Shown: positions 40,899-50,124 of the stretch, piece by piece
Numbering within the stretch: position 1 is the stretch's first letter
How the letters are laid out: each line of letters opens with the position of its first letter
Origin: a virus
Direction: 5' to 3' (one strand)
Virus record (IMG/VR): IMGVR_UViG_3300001765_000052
Length of the DNA stretch: 64,000 nucleotides
The notes under the pieces: model-generated
The model's database searches: none
The model's input: the letters and a program-made list of their open reading frames with translations, nothing else
Told to the model about the DNA's origin: nothing
Program-made: the position numbers and the translations under genes

Positions 40899-41444
40899 TT
40901 GCAATATATCAAATTAATATTTTTATATTTATGTTTATTTACAACTAATGTTTTTTCAGATACGTTAGATAGATTTATAGCATCGTTAGATGAGCAAGCT
41001 ACTTCTGCTGAGTGGGTAGTAAAAAATGCACAAACAAAATTAACTCAGCAACAAGCGCAATCCATAGTGTCACACACTTACGCGCACTCGTTATCAAACG
41101 ATATCAATCCGAAACTATTACTGGCTCTAATAAAAACAGAAAGTGGTTTCATCAAAAATGCAAAATCCAATCATAAAGCAATTGGCTTAACGCAGATAAT
41201 TCAAAAATGGCATAAAAAGAAATTAAAAAATAGAAGTCCATTAAATCCTGTGGTAGCTATCGAAGTTGGAACACTTATATTAAAAGAATGTTTCGTTTCA
41301 AACAAAAATAATGAAGTAAAAGCTTTATCTTGTTACAACGGATCTAAAAATAAAATTTATTTTAATAAAGTAAAGAAACAGGAGCATATACTCTCTACTT
41401 ATATTAAAAATCAAACAATATTAACATTAGCACAAAACAATTAA
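40899..41444 (+). CDS. Lytic transglycosylase (SLT family) with signal peptide
   Basis: ALIKTESGF, AIGLTQI, ALSCYNG. Confidence 0.88.
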   Translation: MQYIKLIFLYLCLFTTNVFSDTLDRFIASLDEQATSAEWVVKNAQTKLTQQQAQSIVSHTYAHSLSNDINPKLLLALIKTESGFIKNAKSNHKAIGLTQIIQKWHKKKLKNRSPLNPVVAIEVGTLILKECFVSNKNNEVKALSCYNGSKNKIYFNKVKKQEHILSTYIKNQTILTLAQNN

Positions 41445-41600
41445 ACATTACTGTTTTTAAACATATGCAATCATTAATACAATTATTTAACACCATAGGA
41501 ATGAATCCAATTTTGATTTACAGTATATGTTTCTTGAACATAAAGAAAATTATAGATCTTTTATAGAAAAATTACAATTATTAAATTAAATATAAACAAA

Positions 41601-41987
41601 ATGTTTACATGGCAAAGACGTGGTGGCTACGAAGTGTCAACTAAAGGTGATAAACGATTCAGTGCATTTAATGCAATATTATCAGATGGGTTGAGTATTG
41701 AGATTACATATCAAACAAAAATAAAAGGCTACGATACTTGGCGCGAAGGAAAAGGTAAAGTGCCAATAAATCAAAATGTAGATCTTTGGAAAGAGTATCT
41801 TAACTTATGGAGAATTTGGGCAAATAATAATTTACCTTTGATGCGGGAATTATACTTTCTAGCAAAAAATAAAAATTATATTTTATCTGATTGTTTCGCA
41901 AACACACCTATAAATCAAGCGCATGCATTAGCAGAAATTTTAAACGAGTTAATTGAAGGAAGTAAACATGAACACAGAAATAGTTGA
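41601..41987 (+). CDS. Conserved phage hypothetical protein
   Basis: YEVSTKGDKRFSAFNA, NQAHALAEILN. Confidence 0.7.
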   Translation: MFTWQRRGGYEVSTKGDKRFSAFNAILSDGLSIEITYQTKIKGYDTWREGKGKVPINQNVDLWKEYLNLWRIWANNNLPLMRELYFLAKNKNYILSDCFANTPINQAHALAEILNELIEGSKHEHRNS

Positions 41988-42396
41988 AGGCGAATATCTT
42001 GGAAGCATTACTTTTCTCAACATGACCGGGGATATTAGTCTAGCTTTCGGTGAATCTAATAGAGAAGCAATGTTAAAACTTATTCGTAAGAAAATGAAAG
42101 AAGGGTATACATTTTTTACAGTGAAAACATATCCATTTAAAAAATTAACCCGAAAAGTAAAAGTAACATCTAAGAATATTGACAATATCAATGAAATTAT
42201 TATAACTGATGAACAGTTTAATAAAATGGTATCAGATATGGATGATAAGGATATTGCAACAGTTGTTATTGATAATAAAGTAAATCTGGTTAAGAGACAA
42301 GGTAAATCAGAATTTACTACACTTAAACGAGCTAATGATGCTGAAGATGTTATTGATAAAAACTCAATAGCTATTAGACCTATTTACGGTGGATAA
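41968..42396 (+). CDS. Hypothetical protein
   Basis: AAGGA RBS before MNTEIV. Confidence 0.65.
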   Translation: MNTEIVEGEYLGSITFLNMTGDISLAFGESNREAMLKLIRKKMKEGYTFFTVKTYPFKKLTRKVKVTSKNIDNINEIIITDEQFNKMVSDMDDKDIATVVIDNKVNLVKRQGKSEFTTLKRANDAEDVIDKNSIAIRPIYGG

Positions 42397-42413
42397 AATT
42401 TAAGAGGCGTGTA

Positions 42414-43112
42414 ATGCCTATTTTAATTACAAGACCAACACAAACAAATGGTGCTTATTATAGTGGCCCTAATACAAGTACAATTATTACATCTACAATA
42501 ACACCATTTTATTTTCATGCACCTAATACTTATAACAATTCTACAACACTCGCTACAACAAGTACAAATTTAATTTATTATCCTGGAACTAGTAGCACTT
42601 TTATACACTCTGGATTTCAAAATCATAATCTATATTACCCGAGTACCGTTGAATTTTATCCAAAGAAAAAACTTATTCCGATAAGAGATGCAAAAAGTTC
42701 TATAAAAAGAGCTTTAAAATTATTGGATAATTTTAATATGCAGGATGATATCAAAATTTTCTTGAGTGGTAAAGATATAGAGATAAGTCATCCCGATTCA
42801 ATCTATAAATTTGTGTTATCAATGAAGCCAGGTACACTAATTAGTAATACAGAAAAAAGTGGCTATACTACACCTTATAATTTATCCCTGTATACTAAAA
42901 CAAACATTTATATTTCTAATCTATGTGTCTATCTAAAGGATACTCCGATATTAGATACAGTTTTAGCTATGGCAATGTTTATTAAATCTGGTGATGAAGA
43001 ATTGCTATTAACTAAAGCAAATTTTTATAAGTTAACAAAAGATATTATGCTACTAGAAGATTTATCTAATAGAGCACCTTATCTAAAAAATAAATTCCAT
43101 CTTAATAAATAA
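42414..43112 (+). CDS. Hypothetical protein with T/S/Y-rich N-terminus
   Basis: GAGG RBS; 232 aa. Confidence 0.65.
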   Translation: MPILITRPTQTNGAYYSGPNTSTIITSTITPFYFHAPNTYNNSTTLATTSTNLIYYPGTSSTFIHSGFQNHNLYYPSTVEFYPKKKLIPIRDAKSSIKRALKLLDNFNMQDDIKIFLSGKDIEISHPDSIYKFVLSMKPGTLISNTEKSGYTTPYNLSLYTKTNIYISNLCVYLKDTPILDTVLAMAMFIKSGDEELLLTKANFYKLTKDIMLLEDLSNRAPYLKNKFHLNK

Positions 43113-43120
43113 GAAAATAA

Positions 43121-43519
43121 ATGAATATTGTTAATTTTCAAAACGAAATTTCATTAGAAATTAATGAAATTATATCAACCTGGTTAGAAAATAATACCCT
43201 ATATACCGAAAGACTGAATTTATACAATTACCCACGATGGGCAATAATTAGACTTTGTAATAATTATGAAACAAACAATACATTAATAAAATATATTAGA
43301 AGTATTAATAATTGTTGTACTGATAAAAACTCTGTCGTAAATTCATTAACTAAAATTTATTTATTATTAATGTTAAAGTATGCAGATATTGATATAAAGA
43401 TATCTGTACCATTTAGAAAAAATGTTTATAAAGCGAGATTAAACAATTTTTTAAATAAATTACATTCTAGTATTAAAGACGTTACACATTTAATAAAGAC
43501 AAGTGAAAATGCATACTAA
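43121..43519 (+). CDS. Hypothetical protein
   Basis: Packed ORF. Confidence 0.5.
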   Translation: MNIVNFQNEISLEINEIISTWLENNTLYTERLNLYNYPRWAIIRLCNNYETNNTLIKYIRSINNCCTDKNSVVNSLTKIYLLLMLKYADIDIKISVPFRKNVYKARLNNFLNKLHSSIKDVTHLIKTSENAY

Positions 43520-43919
43520 ATCAGATATGTTAGTAATTAAAGTTTTAAATGAAACTGTAAAAAAACAAATTATATTAGCTAAATCATCCTGTATATTAGC
43601 TAATAAAACATTAATATCTAAAACAAAATTAGATAAAATTGTAGCACCTGAATTAAAATTAACATTTGATGTAGAAAAAAATAATTTAGTTAAAAATTTA
43701 GAAAAACTAAATGAATCTATAATTTCAGCATCAGCTCAATCTATCCAGCATTTTGCAAAAGCAAAAGAATATTCACTTTTATTTGATAAAGAAAATGAAA
43801 AAAATAAAATGCAAGAATTATTAAGTAAAATTATTAGAGAAACTAAGTTGACTGCAGTAAGTCAACAAATAGCAACAGATGCTTTTAACATATATCTAAA
43901 ATTAATTATTTCCTTATGA
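43503..43919 (+). CDS. Hypothetical protein
   Basis: Packed ORF. Confidence 0.5.
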   Translation: MKMHTKSDMLVIKVLNETVKKQIILAKSSCILANKTLISKTKLDKIVAPELKLTFDVEKNNLVKNLEKLNESIISASAQSIQHFAKAKEYSLLFDKENEKNKMQELLSKIIRETKLTAVSQQIATDAFNIYLKLIISL

Positions 43920-44233
43920 TCAATGACTTGCAAAAATATTCACTTAAAGCAATTATTTTCGATAAAAAAAATAATGTTTTAAGTATTGGATATAATTCAT
44001 ATGTCAAAACTCATCCGTATATGGCAGCACTCTCTGCCAGTTTTAATGAGCCATATAAAATTTACTTGCATGCTGAAGTAGCTGCTATTCTCAAATGTCG
44101 AGATTTAACAAAAGCTCATCGAATACTCGTTACTAGAGTAGGTAAATCAGGTAATATTTTATTAGCTAAACCATGTAAAATTTGTCAATCGGCAATTGAA
44201 GCTGCCGGTATTAAAATTGTAGAACATTCATAG
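43916..44233 (+). CDS. Zn-dependent cytidine/dCMP deaminase-like protein
   Basis: SIGYN, LHAE, KPCKIC. Confidence 0.85.
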   Translation: MINDLQKYSLKAIIFDKKNNVLSIGYNSYVKTHPYMAALSASFNEPYKIYLHAEVAAILKCRDLTKAHRILVTRVGKSGNILLAKPCKICQSAIEAAGIKIVEHS

Positions 44234-44242
44234 GAGTTTAAT

Positions 44243-44464
44243 ATGTCAATTGAAAATAACGTAGTCGATATTAAAAGTATTCGTGCTAAAGCAGAAAAAG
44301 CCATTTTATTTAAAAACTCAAAAGGTCTTTTTTTAAGGATAATTTTTTGTGAAGAAGATCAGTTTTTCTGTGAAGACGAGAATACTTCTATAACTTATGC
44401 AGTAGAATATTCTAGTGTAGATACTAAAAAAGAAGCTTTTTACGAATTAACGTTAATTGAATAA
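44243..44464 (+). CDS. Hypothetical protein
   Basis: AGGAG RBS. Confidence 0.6.
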   Translation: MSIENNVVDIKSIRAKAEKAILFKNSKGLFLRIIFCEEDQFFCEDENTSITYAVEYSSVDTKKEAFYELTLIE

Positions 44465-44475
44465 AGGAGTAAATA

Positions 44476-44775
44476 ATGGAACGGCCTCTTTCAGCAGGTG
44501 ATGTTTGTATTATTATAAATGGATTATCTCGTACAAAAAGCCCAAATATAGGTAAAATAGTCACAATCGATAAACGAGTGTTTGGTGCACATGGAATGGA
44601 CCACTCTCAATATGGTCCAGTATACAAATGTATCGGTCAAGAACTTTGGCAGCTTGGCGATAATGGTGAATTCTTTTCTGTTACATCAGCAGATATTCCA
44701 GGTATCTGGTTAAAAAGAATTGACCCACCAAAACTTAATAAAGCTATAGAAAAAGTAATGGAAACAGAGAAGTAA
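44476..44775 (+). CDS. Hypothetical protein
   Basis: AAGGAG RBS. Confidence 0.65.
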   Translation: MERPLSAGDVCIIINGLSRTKSPNIGKIVTIDKRVFGAHGMDHSQYGPVYKCIGQELWQLGDNGEFFSVTSADIPGIWLKRIDPPKLNKAIEKVMETEK

Positions 44776-44806
44776 GTGTGTAGCGTGTTAACTAAAAGGA
44801 GTTAAG

Positions 44807-45127
44807 ATGTCATCAGATGACGGTATTTATATATTATCTACAGTATGCGACAGAAAAAATATAGAAGGTAATTGGTCAACAATTAAATGCGAACCTTATA
44901 AAGTATATAGAGTAGCATATGCGCAAGCAATAGATAATTTTTACTGGTATAAAGAACACGAAATATATAACTTAGGTTCATATATGCAATTAATTTGGGG
45001 TAAATCTAAAGTACATACAGATATAAAAGATGCATACTTAGAAGCAACAGATATAGTTAAGAAAAACCCGTACTTAGAGTATGGTATTAATAATATTGAA
45101 ACAGATATGCATTTTTACGGAGACTGA
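44807..45127 (+). CDS. Conserved phage hypothetical protein
   Basis: AAGGAG RBS; MSSDDGIYIL..YRVA..LEYGI. Confidence 0.65.
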   Translation: MSSDDGIYILSTVCDRKNIEGNWSTIKCEPYKVYRVAYAQAIDNFYWYKEHEIYNLGSYMQLIWGKSKVHTDIKDAYLEATDIVKKNPYLEYGINNIETDMHFYGD

Positions 45128-45203
45128 TAAATATTTTTATAATAATCTAGATTTAAATCTAGATTATTATAGTGACATATTACTAACTTGGAGTTTAAAC
45201 AAA

Positions 45204-45560
45204 ATGAACCGGTCGACACTAAGTAGCTTCGTCATAGACAAAAAGTATTATGCACATGTATTTGATAATGATAATGATTCAACATACATTATTAATAGTG
45301 AGGAGGTTATTCTCTATGAAGTAGATTACGAAGGATCTGTATTAGAATATACAAATAATATTCCTAATAAATGCATAGGTAATTTTAAATTTAATCCATA
45401 TCCTAATTGGGTATTTGTGGCTAACAAAAAAGATACAAATCAAATACATTTTAATAGTACAGATATAGACTTGATTCAGTTAGAGTTTTTATTCTTTAAA
45501 AACTATATTACATCTTTAATACAAGGAAACGAAAATGAAACTTTATACAATTCTCGCTAG
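45204..45560 (+). CDS. Hypothetical protein
   Basis: GGAG RBS and promoter motif before MNRST (track start 45081). Confidence 0.55.
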   Translation: MNRSTLSSFVIDKKYYAHVFDNDNDSTYIINSEEVILYEVDYEGSVLEYTNNIPNKCIGNFKFNPYPNWVFVANKKDTNQIHFNSTDIDLIQLEFLFFKNYITSLIQGNENETLYNSR

Positions 45561-46680
45561 TGCATTTTTAAGTGTTAGCGCTTATGCAACACCAATGCAA
45601 ATACCAACGCATACATCTTATCTAAATCCAGTATTTCAAACACCAGATAATATTGATAGCTATTGGAATCTTGATACACATCTTACATGGTTACGTGAAC
45701 CAACAGATGGTTGGGGCTACTATGCAATGTCGCACTTTCGATTTAACGGTGGTGGTTCGGGATACATGGGACTAATGAAAGCATATGATGGAAAAACAGC
45801 TATTTTTTCAATGTGGGATGCATCGAGTACATCTAAAACTTCTCCAGCACACAAAAATTGTAAACGCTTCGGAACAGAAGGTACCGGCACACAGTGTTTT
45901 GTTAAAGGATTTAATTGGAAAGCAGGCATAGAATACAAGATGCGTTTAGAAAGGACACATGACAATCAATGGTCAGCGTTTGTTGTTGATGTGCTTACCG
46001 AAGAGGAAACATTGATTGGTTCTATCAATGTAGATAATGTACCTGGAAAAATCGGGTTTGGTGGTATAAGTCCAACTGGTAATCTTATCACTAATGAATA
46101 TTTCATGAGCGTACCTAATCCAACATGTGAAAATGCACCATATTTTGGAGTAGAATGGAAAGGTCCATATATTAATGATGTAACGGTTAAACCTAAATCA
46201 TGGAGGAGTTCCAGAACAAATATTGGAACTAGTTGTCCTAATTTAAAATTGTATGCCGTAAAACCATATGTTAATAGAATGGAATCTGGATCTGGTGTCG
46301 TACCAACACCGGAACAAGAGGTGCCTAGTGTATTCGAGCCTGTACAATTACCATACGATCTAACCTATTACGAGCAACTCGATTGTATATTTGATTGGTT
46401 AGAAGTTCGTTTAGGTAGTGAACTGAATAACCAACATTTATATAAAACAGTATCAGAATACGGTCAAGCTAATGAATATGGTCCGTATGATCCAAAAGGA
46501 TCATATTATCGAGACTACGGTTATGTGTACGACGATGGAGCTGGTGCAGCAATAGCTATTAGTAACTATTTCTATCAGTTTTATTTAATGAAGGCCGGTG
46601 TTACTGATAGAATTTTAGGTTCATTTAATATCATGAAAATGAAAACAAAGTGTGAAGCTGGCTCACCAACAGCACATTAA
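45535..46680 (+). CDS. Secreted protein, DUF3472-like beta-sandwich
   Basis: Signal peptide; GYMGL, AIFSMWD, FGTEGTG, WKAG. Confidence 0.65.
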   Translation: MKLYTILASAFLSVSAYATPMQIPTHTSYLNPVFQTPDNIDSYWNLDTHLTWLREPTDGWGYYAMSHFRFNGGGSGYMGLMKAYDGKTAIFSMWDASSTSKTSPAHKNCKRFGTEGTGTQCFVKGFNWKAGIEYKMRLERTHDNQWSAFVVDVLTEEETLIGSINVDNVPGKIGFGGISPTGNLITNEYFMSVPNPTCENAPYFGVEWKGPYINDVTVKPKSWRSSRTNIGTSCPNLKLYAVKPYVNRMESGSGVVPTPEQEVPSVFEPVQLPYDLTYYEQLDCIFDWLEVRLGSELNNQHLYKTVSEYGQANEYGPYDPKGSYYRDYGYVYDDGAGAAIAISNYFYQFYLMKAGVTDRILGSFNIMKMKTKCEAGSPTAH

Positions 46681-46721
46681 AAGTATTTATTAATTGCAAT
46701 ATTTAATAAAAGGAAATTGAA

Positions 46722-46922
46722 ATGGATACAATGACAGTAGAGCAAAAGGTAGTGAAACAAATACAGGATAAATATGATAGAGATTATAAAGTAATTGAAG
46801 AGAAAGCTTCTGAAATAATTACACAAAGAAATAACGATAAATTATCATTAGGATTAAAAAACCAACTTAATGATTTAAATAAATTCGGTTTTTCTTTAAA
46901 TTTAAATACACTTTTAAAATAA
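46722..46922 (+). CDS. Hypothetical protein
   Basis: AAGGA RBS. Confidence 0.5.
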   Translation: MDTMTVEQKVVKQIQDKYDRDYKVIEEKASEIITQRNNDKLSLGLKNQLNDLNKFGFSLNLNTLLK

Positions 46923-46952
46923 ATTTAATCAAAAAATATTATTCACTTAAAT

Positions 46953-47343
46953 ATGTTTTACAACAACCGATAAAGGCATTATCGGTACTACCAGTAAAGA
47001 CACGATCGGTGGTACAGCTGCCGATAATTTCATTTACAGTAAAAGAGGTGCTGATCTTATTACTGGTTTTGCTGGTAATGATACGTTTGTGTTCTCAAAA
47101 ACATTAGCGTCTCAATATCTGAATGACGTAGCTCAAATCACTGATTTCAAAGATGGCTTTGACATGATTGGGTTGCAAGGGTTGACATACAGTGAGCTTT
47201 GCATTGAACAAGGCACTGGATCACGCGAAGCTAATACTATCATATCACTGGTTACCGGTGATGCATTAGTTGTTTTGGTTGGTGTTAATTCATATATGAT
47301 TACATCTAGTGACTTCACTAGTGTAATATATATCACGGTATAA
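46953..47343 (+). pseudogene. RTX/haemolysin-type Ca-binding repeat protein with a frameshift just after the ATG
   Basis: Frame from 46960 reads IIGTTSKDTIGGTAADNFIYSKRGADLITGFAGNDTFVF..ITDFKDGFDMIGL; ATG 46953 is one base out of frame. Confidence 0.6.
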
Positions 47344-47594
47344 TAAATAGGAGCCCTAGGGCTCCTATTTATCTTACTTCAGTTAGAAATCTATTTTTTA
47401 TACTAAAAATAAGTTATTAAAAAAAGATTAGAACACTCAATTAATTGAGTGGAAATAGATAAGTGAATTCCAGATTAATAAAACCACATATTACTAAATT
47501 GTACTTAAACACGATTACTTGGAATACAGTATTTCTATTATTGAAACTCATTTAAGTTTCTTTAACAGTTAACTAAAATCAAAGAGGTAAGAAA

Positions 47595-47837
47595 ATGGCT
47601 ACTTTAATAATCCCTGATGTGAACGATCGTACTGTTAATTCACCTGCTATTCTTGTAAATAGTAAAACTATTCTGAATATTTATAATTATAATAAAAATC
47701 TAAAATTACCTAAAATAAATCAGGATATTTTAGATTGGTTTAAAGAAGTTAGTAAAACATACATGTGGGATGAAGTTATTCAATATGGACATGATGTTTT
47801 ATTAGTCGCTAAAATTGTCATGGTTCAGAATAATTAA
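47595..47837 (+). CDS. Hypothetical protein
   Basis: GAGG RBS. Confidence 0.6.
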   Translation: MATLIIPDVNDRTVNSPAILVNSKTILNIYNYNKNLKLPKINQDILDWFKEVSKTYMWDEVIQYGHDVLLVAKIVMVQNN

Positions 47838-47868
47838 AGCATATATTATTTTAATGAGAGTAGTTTGT

Positions 47869-47945
47869 CCACTAGTGGCCAAGTCGGGTTTAAGGCAACG
47901 ACCTCATAAGTCGTCGATTCATTGGTTCAAATCCAATCTAGTGGA
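47869..47945 (+). tRNA. tRNA with CAU anticodon (probably Ile2, otherwise elongator Met); CCA not encoded
   Basis: CCACTAG/CTAGTGG acceptor, GCC/GGC D-stem, ACGAC-CTCATAA-GTCGT, ATTGG-TTCAAAT-CCAAT. Confidence 0.9.
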
Positions 47946-47968
47946 CAAACTACTCTCGTTTACATAAA

Positions 47969-48190
47969 ATGAAATTTAAAATGGATAATGCAAATACAAA
48001 TCAAACTAAACTTGAAATAGATTTAGAAGCTGTTAAAAATGCATTAAGCGATTTTGTTCAAGGTTATCCGGAATTAGATCGGTTAATTAAAGAATCTGAT
48101 TCGTTTGAATTAAAATGCAATAAAGGTACATTAAATCTTACTGTTGTAAATACTGGTTTGGTTACTACGTATTCTAAACATTTAAGATGA
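47969..48190 (+). CDS. Hypothetical protein
   Basis: Overlaps the start of the TilS-like gene. Confidence 0.55.
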   Translation: MKFKMDNANTNQTKLEIDLEAVKNALSDFVQGYPELDRLIKESDSFELKCNKGTLNLTVVNTGLVTTYSKHLR

Positions 48191-48798
48191 AAATCTATTT
48201 TCTTAAATCAGCACCAAAAGAATGTTATCTTGCTTTTTCTGGTGGAGTAGATTCAGTGGTATTATTGGATCTATTAATTAGTAAAAAGGTAGATGTAACA
48301 TTAGTTTGGGTGGATCATAACACGTCATGGTGCAAACAAGAATTTGAGTTTGCGAGAGAAACAGCCAAAAAATATAAACTTGAATTAGTTTGTTATAAAA
48401 TTAATCTATTTGACAAATCTACTTCACTAGAATGCTTTTGGTCTAGAGAAAGAAACAGAATATTTCAATCTTTAGATAAAAAAGTATTAGTTGGACACAC
48501 GTTGGATGATGCAATGGAATGGTATGTAATGTCAGCATTCCAAGGAACTGTAAAGTTATTAGATTATCAAAATCAGAATGTTCTTAGGCCATTATTAACA
48601 ACATCCAAAGAAAAGATTTTACAGTATGCAAATAGAAATGATTTGGTGTATCTAATAGATCCTTCAAATTACGATTCTGAATTTAATCTAAGGAATAAAG
48701 TTAGATTAAATTTAATACCGGAAGTGTTAAATTGTTTTCCTGGGTTACGCACAACAGTAGCAAAACTGATTCGTAGAAAAGAGTTTAAAAATGCTTAA
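48187..48798 (+). CDS. tilS: tRNA(Ile)-lysidine synthetase-like protein, catalytic PP-loop domain only
   Basis: AFSGGVDS, VDH, GHTLDD..E, RPLL, DPSN, RNKVR. Confidence 0.85.
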   Translation: MKIYFLKSAPKECYLAFSGGVDSVVLLDLLISKKVDVTLVWVDHNTSWCKQEFEFARETAKKYKLELVCYKINLFDKSTSLECFWSRERNRIFQSLDKKVLVGHTLDDAMEWYVMSAFQGTVKLLDYQNQNVLRPLLTTSKEKILQYANRNDLVYLIDPSNYDSEFNLRNKVRLNLIPEVLNCFPGLRTTVAKLIRRKEFKNA

Positions 48799-49003
48799 CA
48801 TAATTATTGAGGGTCCAGATAAAGCTGGTAAAGGACATTTGATTGCACTCATTAGCCGTAAACTAAAGCAATCAGGATTGAATGTAACTATTCAATCTGA
48901 AACAACACACAATGCACCAAAGATTGCAAAGACTGACGATGAATTAGTTGACAGGTTAAAAGATGTCGAGATCTTTATAAAAGAAATGCAAACATTTTCT
49001 TAG
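48791..49003 (+). CDS. Small P-loop-containing protein
   Basis: IIIEGPDKAGKG. Confidence 0.55.
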   Translation: MLNIIIEGPDKAGKGHLIALISRKLKQSGLNVTIQSETTHNAPKIAKTDDELVDRLKDVEIFIKEMQTFS

Positions 49004-49047
49004 AGTGACAAAGTTAATTAGGAAAAAAGAATTTAAGTAAAGTTTTA

Positions 49048-49135
49048 CCGCCTTGTCCCAATACCAGCCTTCTAAGCTGGCGTCGTTAAACAATTGGATG
49101 GATGACAAGAGGCTCGTTTCCTCCAGGGCGGTCCA
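49048..49135 (+). tRNA. Non-canonical tRNA-like RNA, UCU anticodon, 8/4 fold, no D-arm, long variable arm
   Basis: CCGCCTTG/CAGGGCGG + T-CCA; CCAGC-CTTCTAA-GCTGG; GTCGT/ATGAC; GAGG-CTCGTTT-CCTC. Confidence 0.75.
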
Positions 49136-49152
49136 TACATTTTGTACATTAA

Positions 49153-49484
49153 AAGTTTGCCGGCATTTTAGCATATTAGTGTTTGTAGTTCATATGTGTA
49201 TCTAATCACGAACGAAAAGCACCAGGCCCTAAGCCTGCATTAAAAAGATTCTGAACTGACAGAATTAACCAATTAGGTATCAGTAAACCAAATTTAAGAT
49301 CAAGATGTGTACGGTGTCTTGTGTGTACTAACGTATTGTAGTTCTAATGTGTGTATAATCACGAACGAAAATACGGGGTGACGATACTGGGTTGTATTGA
49401 AGTCCCCTCCTTTCGAGGGCTTGCGTCGGACAGGCTTAACAAATTATACATCCGACAAATCCTAAATTATGGATTCGGCAACTT
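49153..49484 (+). ncRNA. Structured ncRNA candidate containing two copies of a double-pseudoknot motif
   Basis: Closing stem AAGTTTGCCG/CGGCAACTT; duplicated modules with compensatory changes. Confidence 0.75.
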
Positions 49485-49546
49485 CGTTAAATGTTTGGTG
49501 TCAACTAAACATAATTTTGTGTTAATATTCTTGTCAAGGAATTAAA

Positions 49547-49897
49547 ATGACTGTTACTATTTTAAATAGTTTAGATAAGCGTAAACGGTTACGTATTCGT
49601 AATACATTGACTGGCTTAGAGCTTCTACCAAATGTCAAAATAATTGATGAAGATGAATGTAATTTCATCCGAATTAAGCATAGACAGGAATATATTCCTG
49701 ATTTTGAATTAGTGTGGTGTGATAACAAAAAACATTATAGAGTTTATATACTTATAGCAAGTACTAAACACATTAAAGAAAATAATGGTTATTGTATTTT
49801 CACCATACCCAATCAGTTAGCAGCAATGGGTTTTGGAACTATGTATGGTTTTATTTATAAATATCGTGCTAATAATAAAATACCATTATTAGCATAA
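49547..49897 (+). CDS. Hypothetical protein
   Basis: AAGGA RBS. Confidence 0.65.
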   Translation: MTVTILNSLDKRKRLRIRNTLTGLELLPNVKIIDEDECNFIRIKHRQEYIPDFELVWCDNKKHYRVYILIASTKHIKENNGYCIFTIPNQLAAMGFGTMYGFIYKYRANNKIPLLA

Positions 49898-49912
49898 CGA
49901 TTTTAAAAAATT

Positions 49913-50119
49913 ATGAATGATGCAATAATATTAGATAAACCTACTAACTCACCTATGAAATTTATAGGTGGAAGAAAATTCATACTTTCAATAATAGTAG
50001 TTATTTTAACTTCATTTCTTTGTTGGTTTAATAAAATAGACCAAGGTGTTTATTCTGTAGTTATTGTAGCTGTTATTGGGGCGTATATAACTGGTAATGT
50101 AATTCAGAAAAATAAATGA
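49913..50119 (+). CDS. Small 2-TM protein (holin-like)
   Basis: GRKFIL..two TM helices..YITGNV. Confidence 0.6.
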   Translation: MNDAIILDKPTNSPMKFIGGRKFILSIIVVILTSFLCWFNKIDQGVYSVVIVAVIGAYITGNVIQKNK

Positions 50120-50124
50120 GTTTA

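Noticed and set aside
49179-49375. CRISPR mini-array from the repeated TAATCACGAACGAAAA
   Set aside because: Only two imperfect copies 153 nt apart and no cas genes; better explained as RNA structure modules.
49375-49484. tmRNA or hammerhead/pistol ribozyme
   Set aside because: No tRNA-like 3' end or tag frame, no CUGAnGA core, and the pistol P1/pseudoknot partner is missing.
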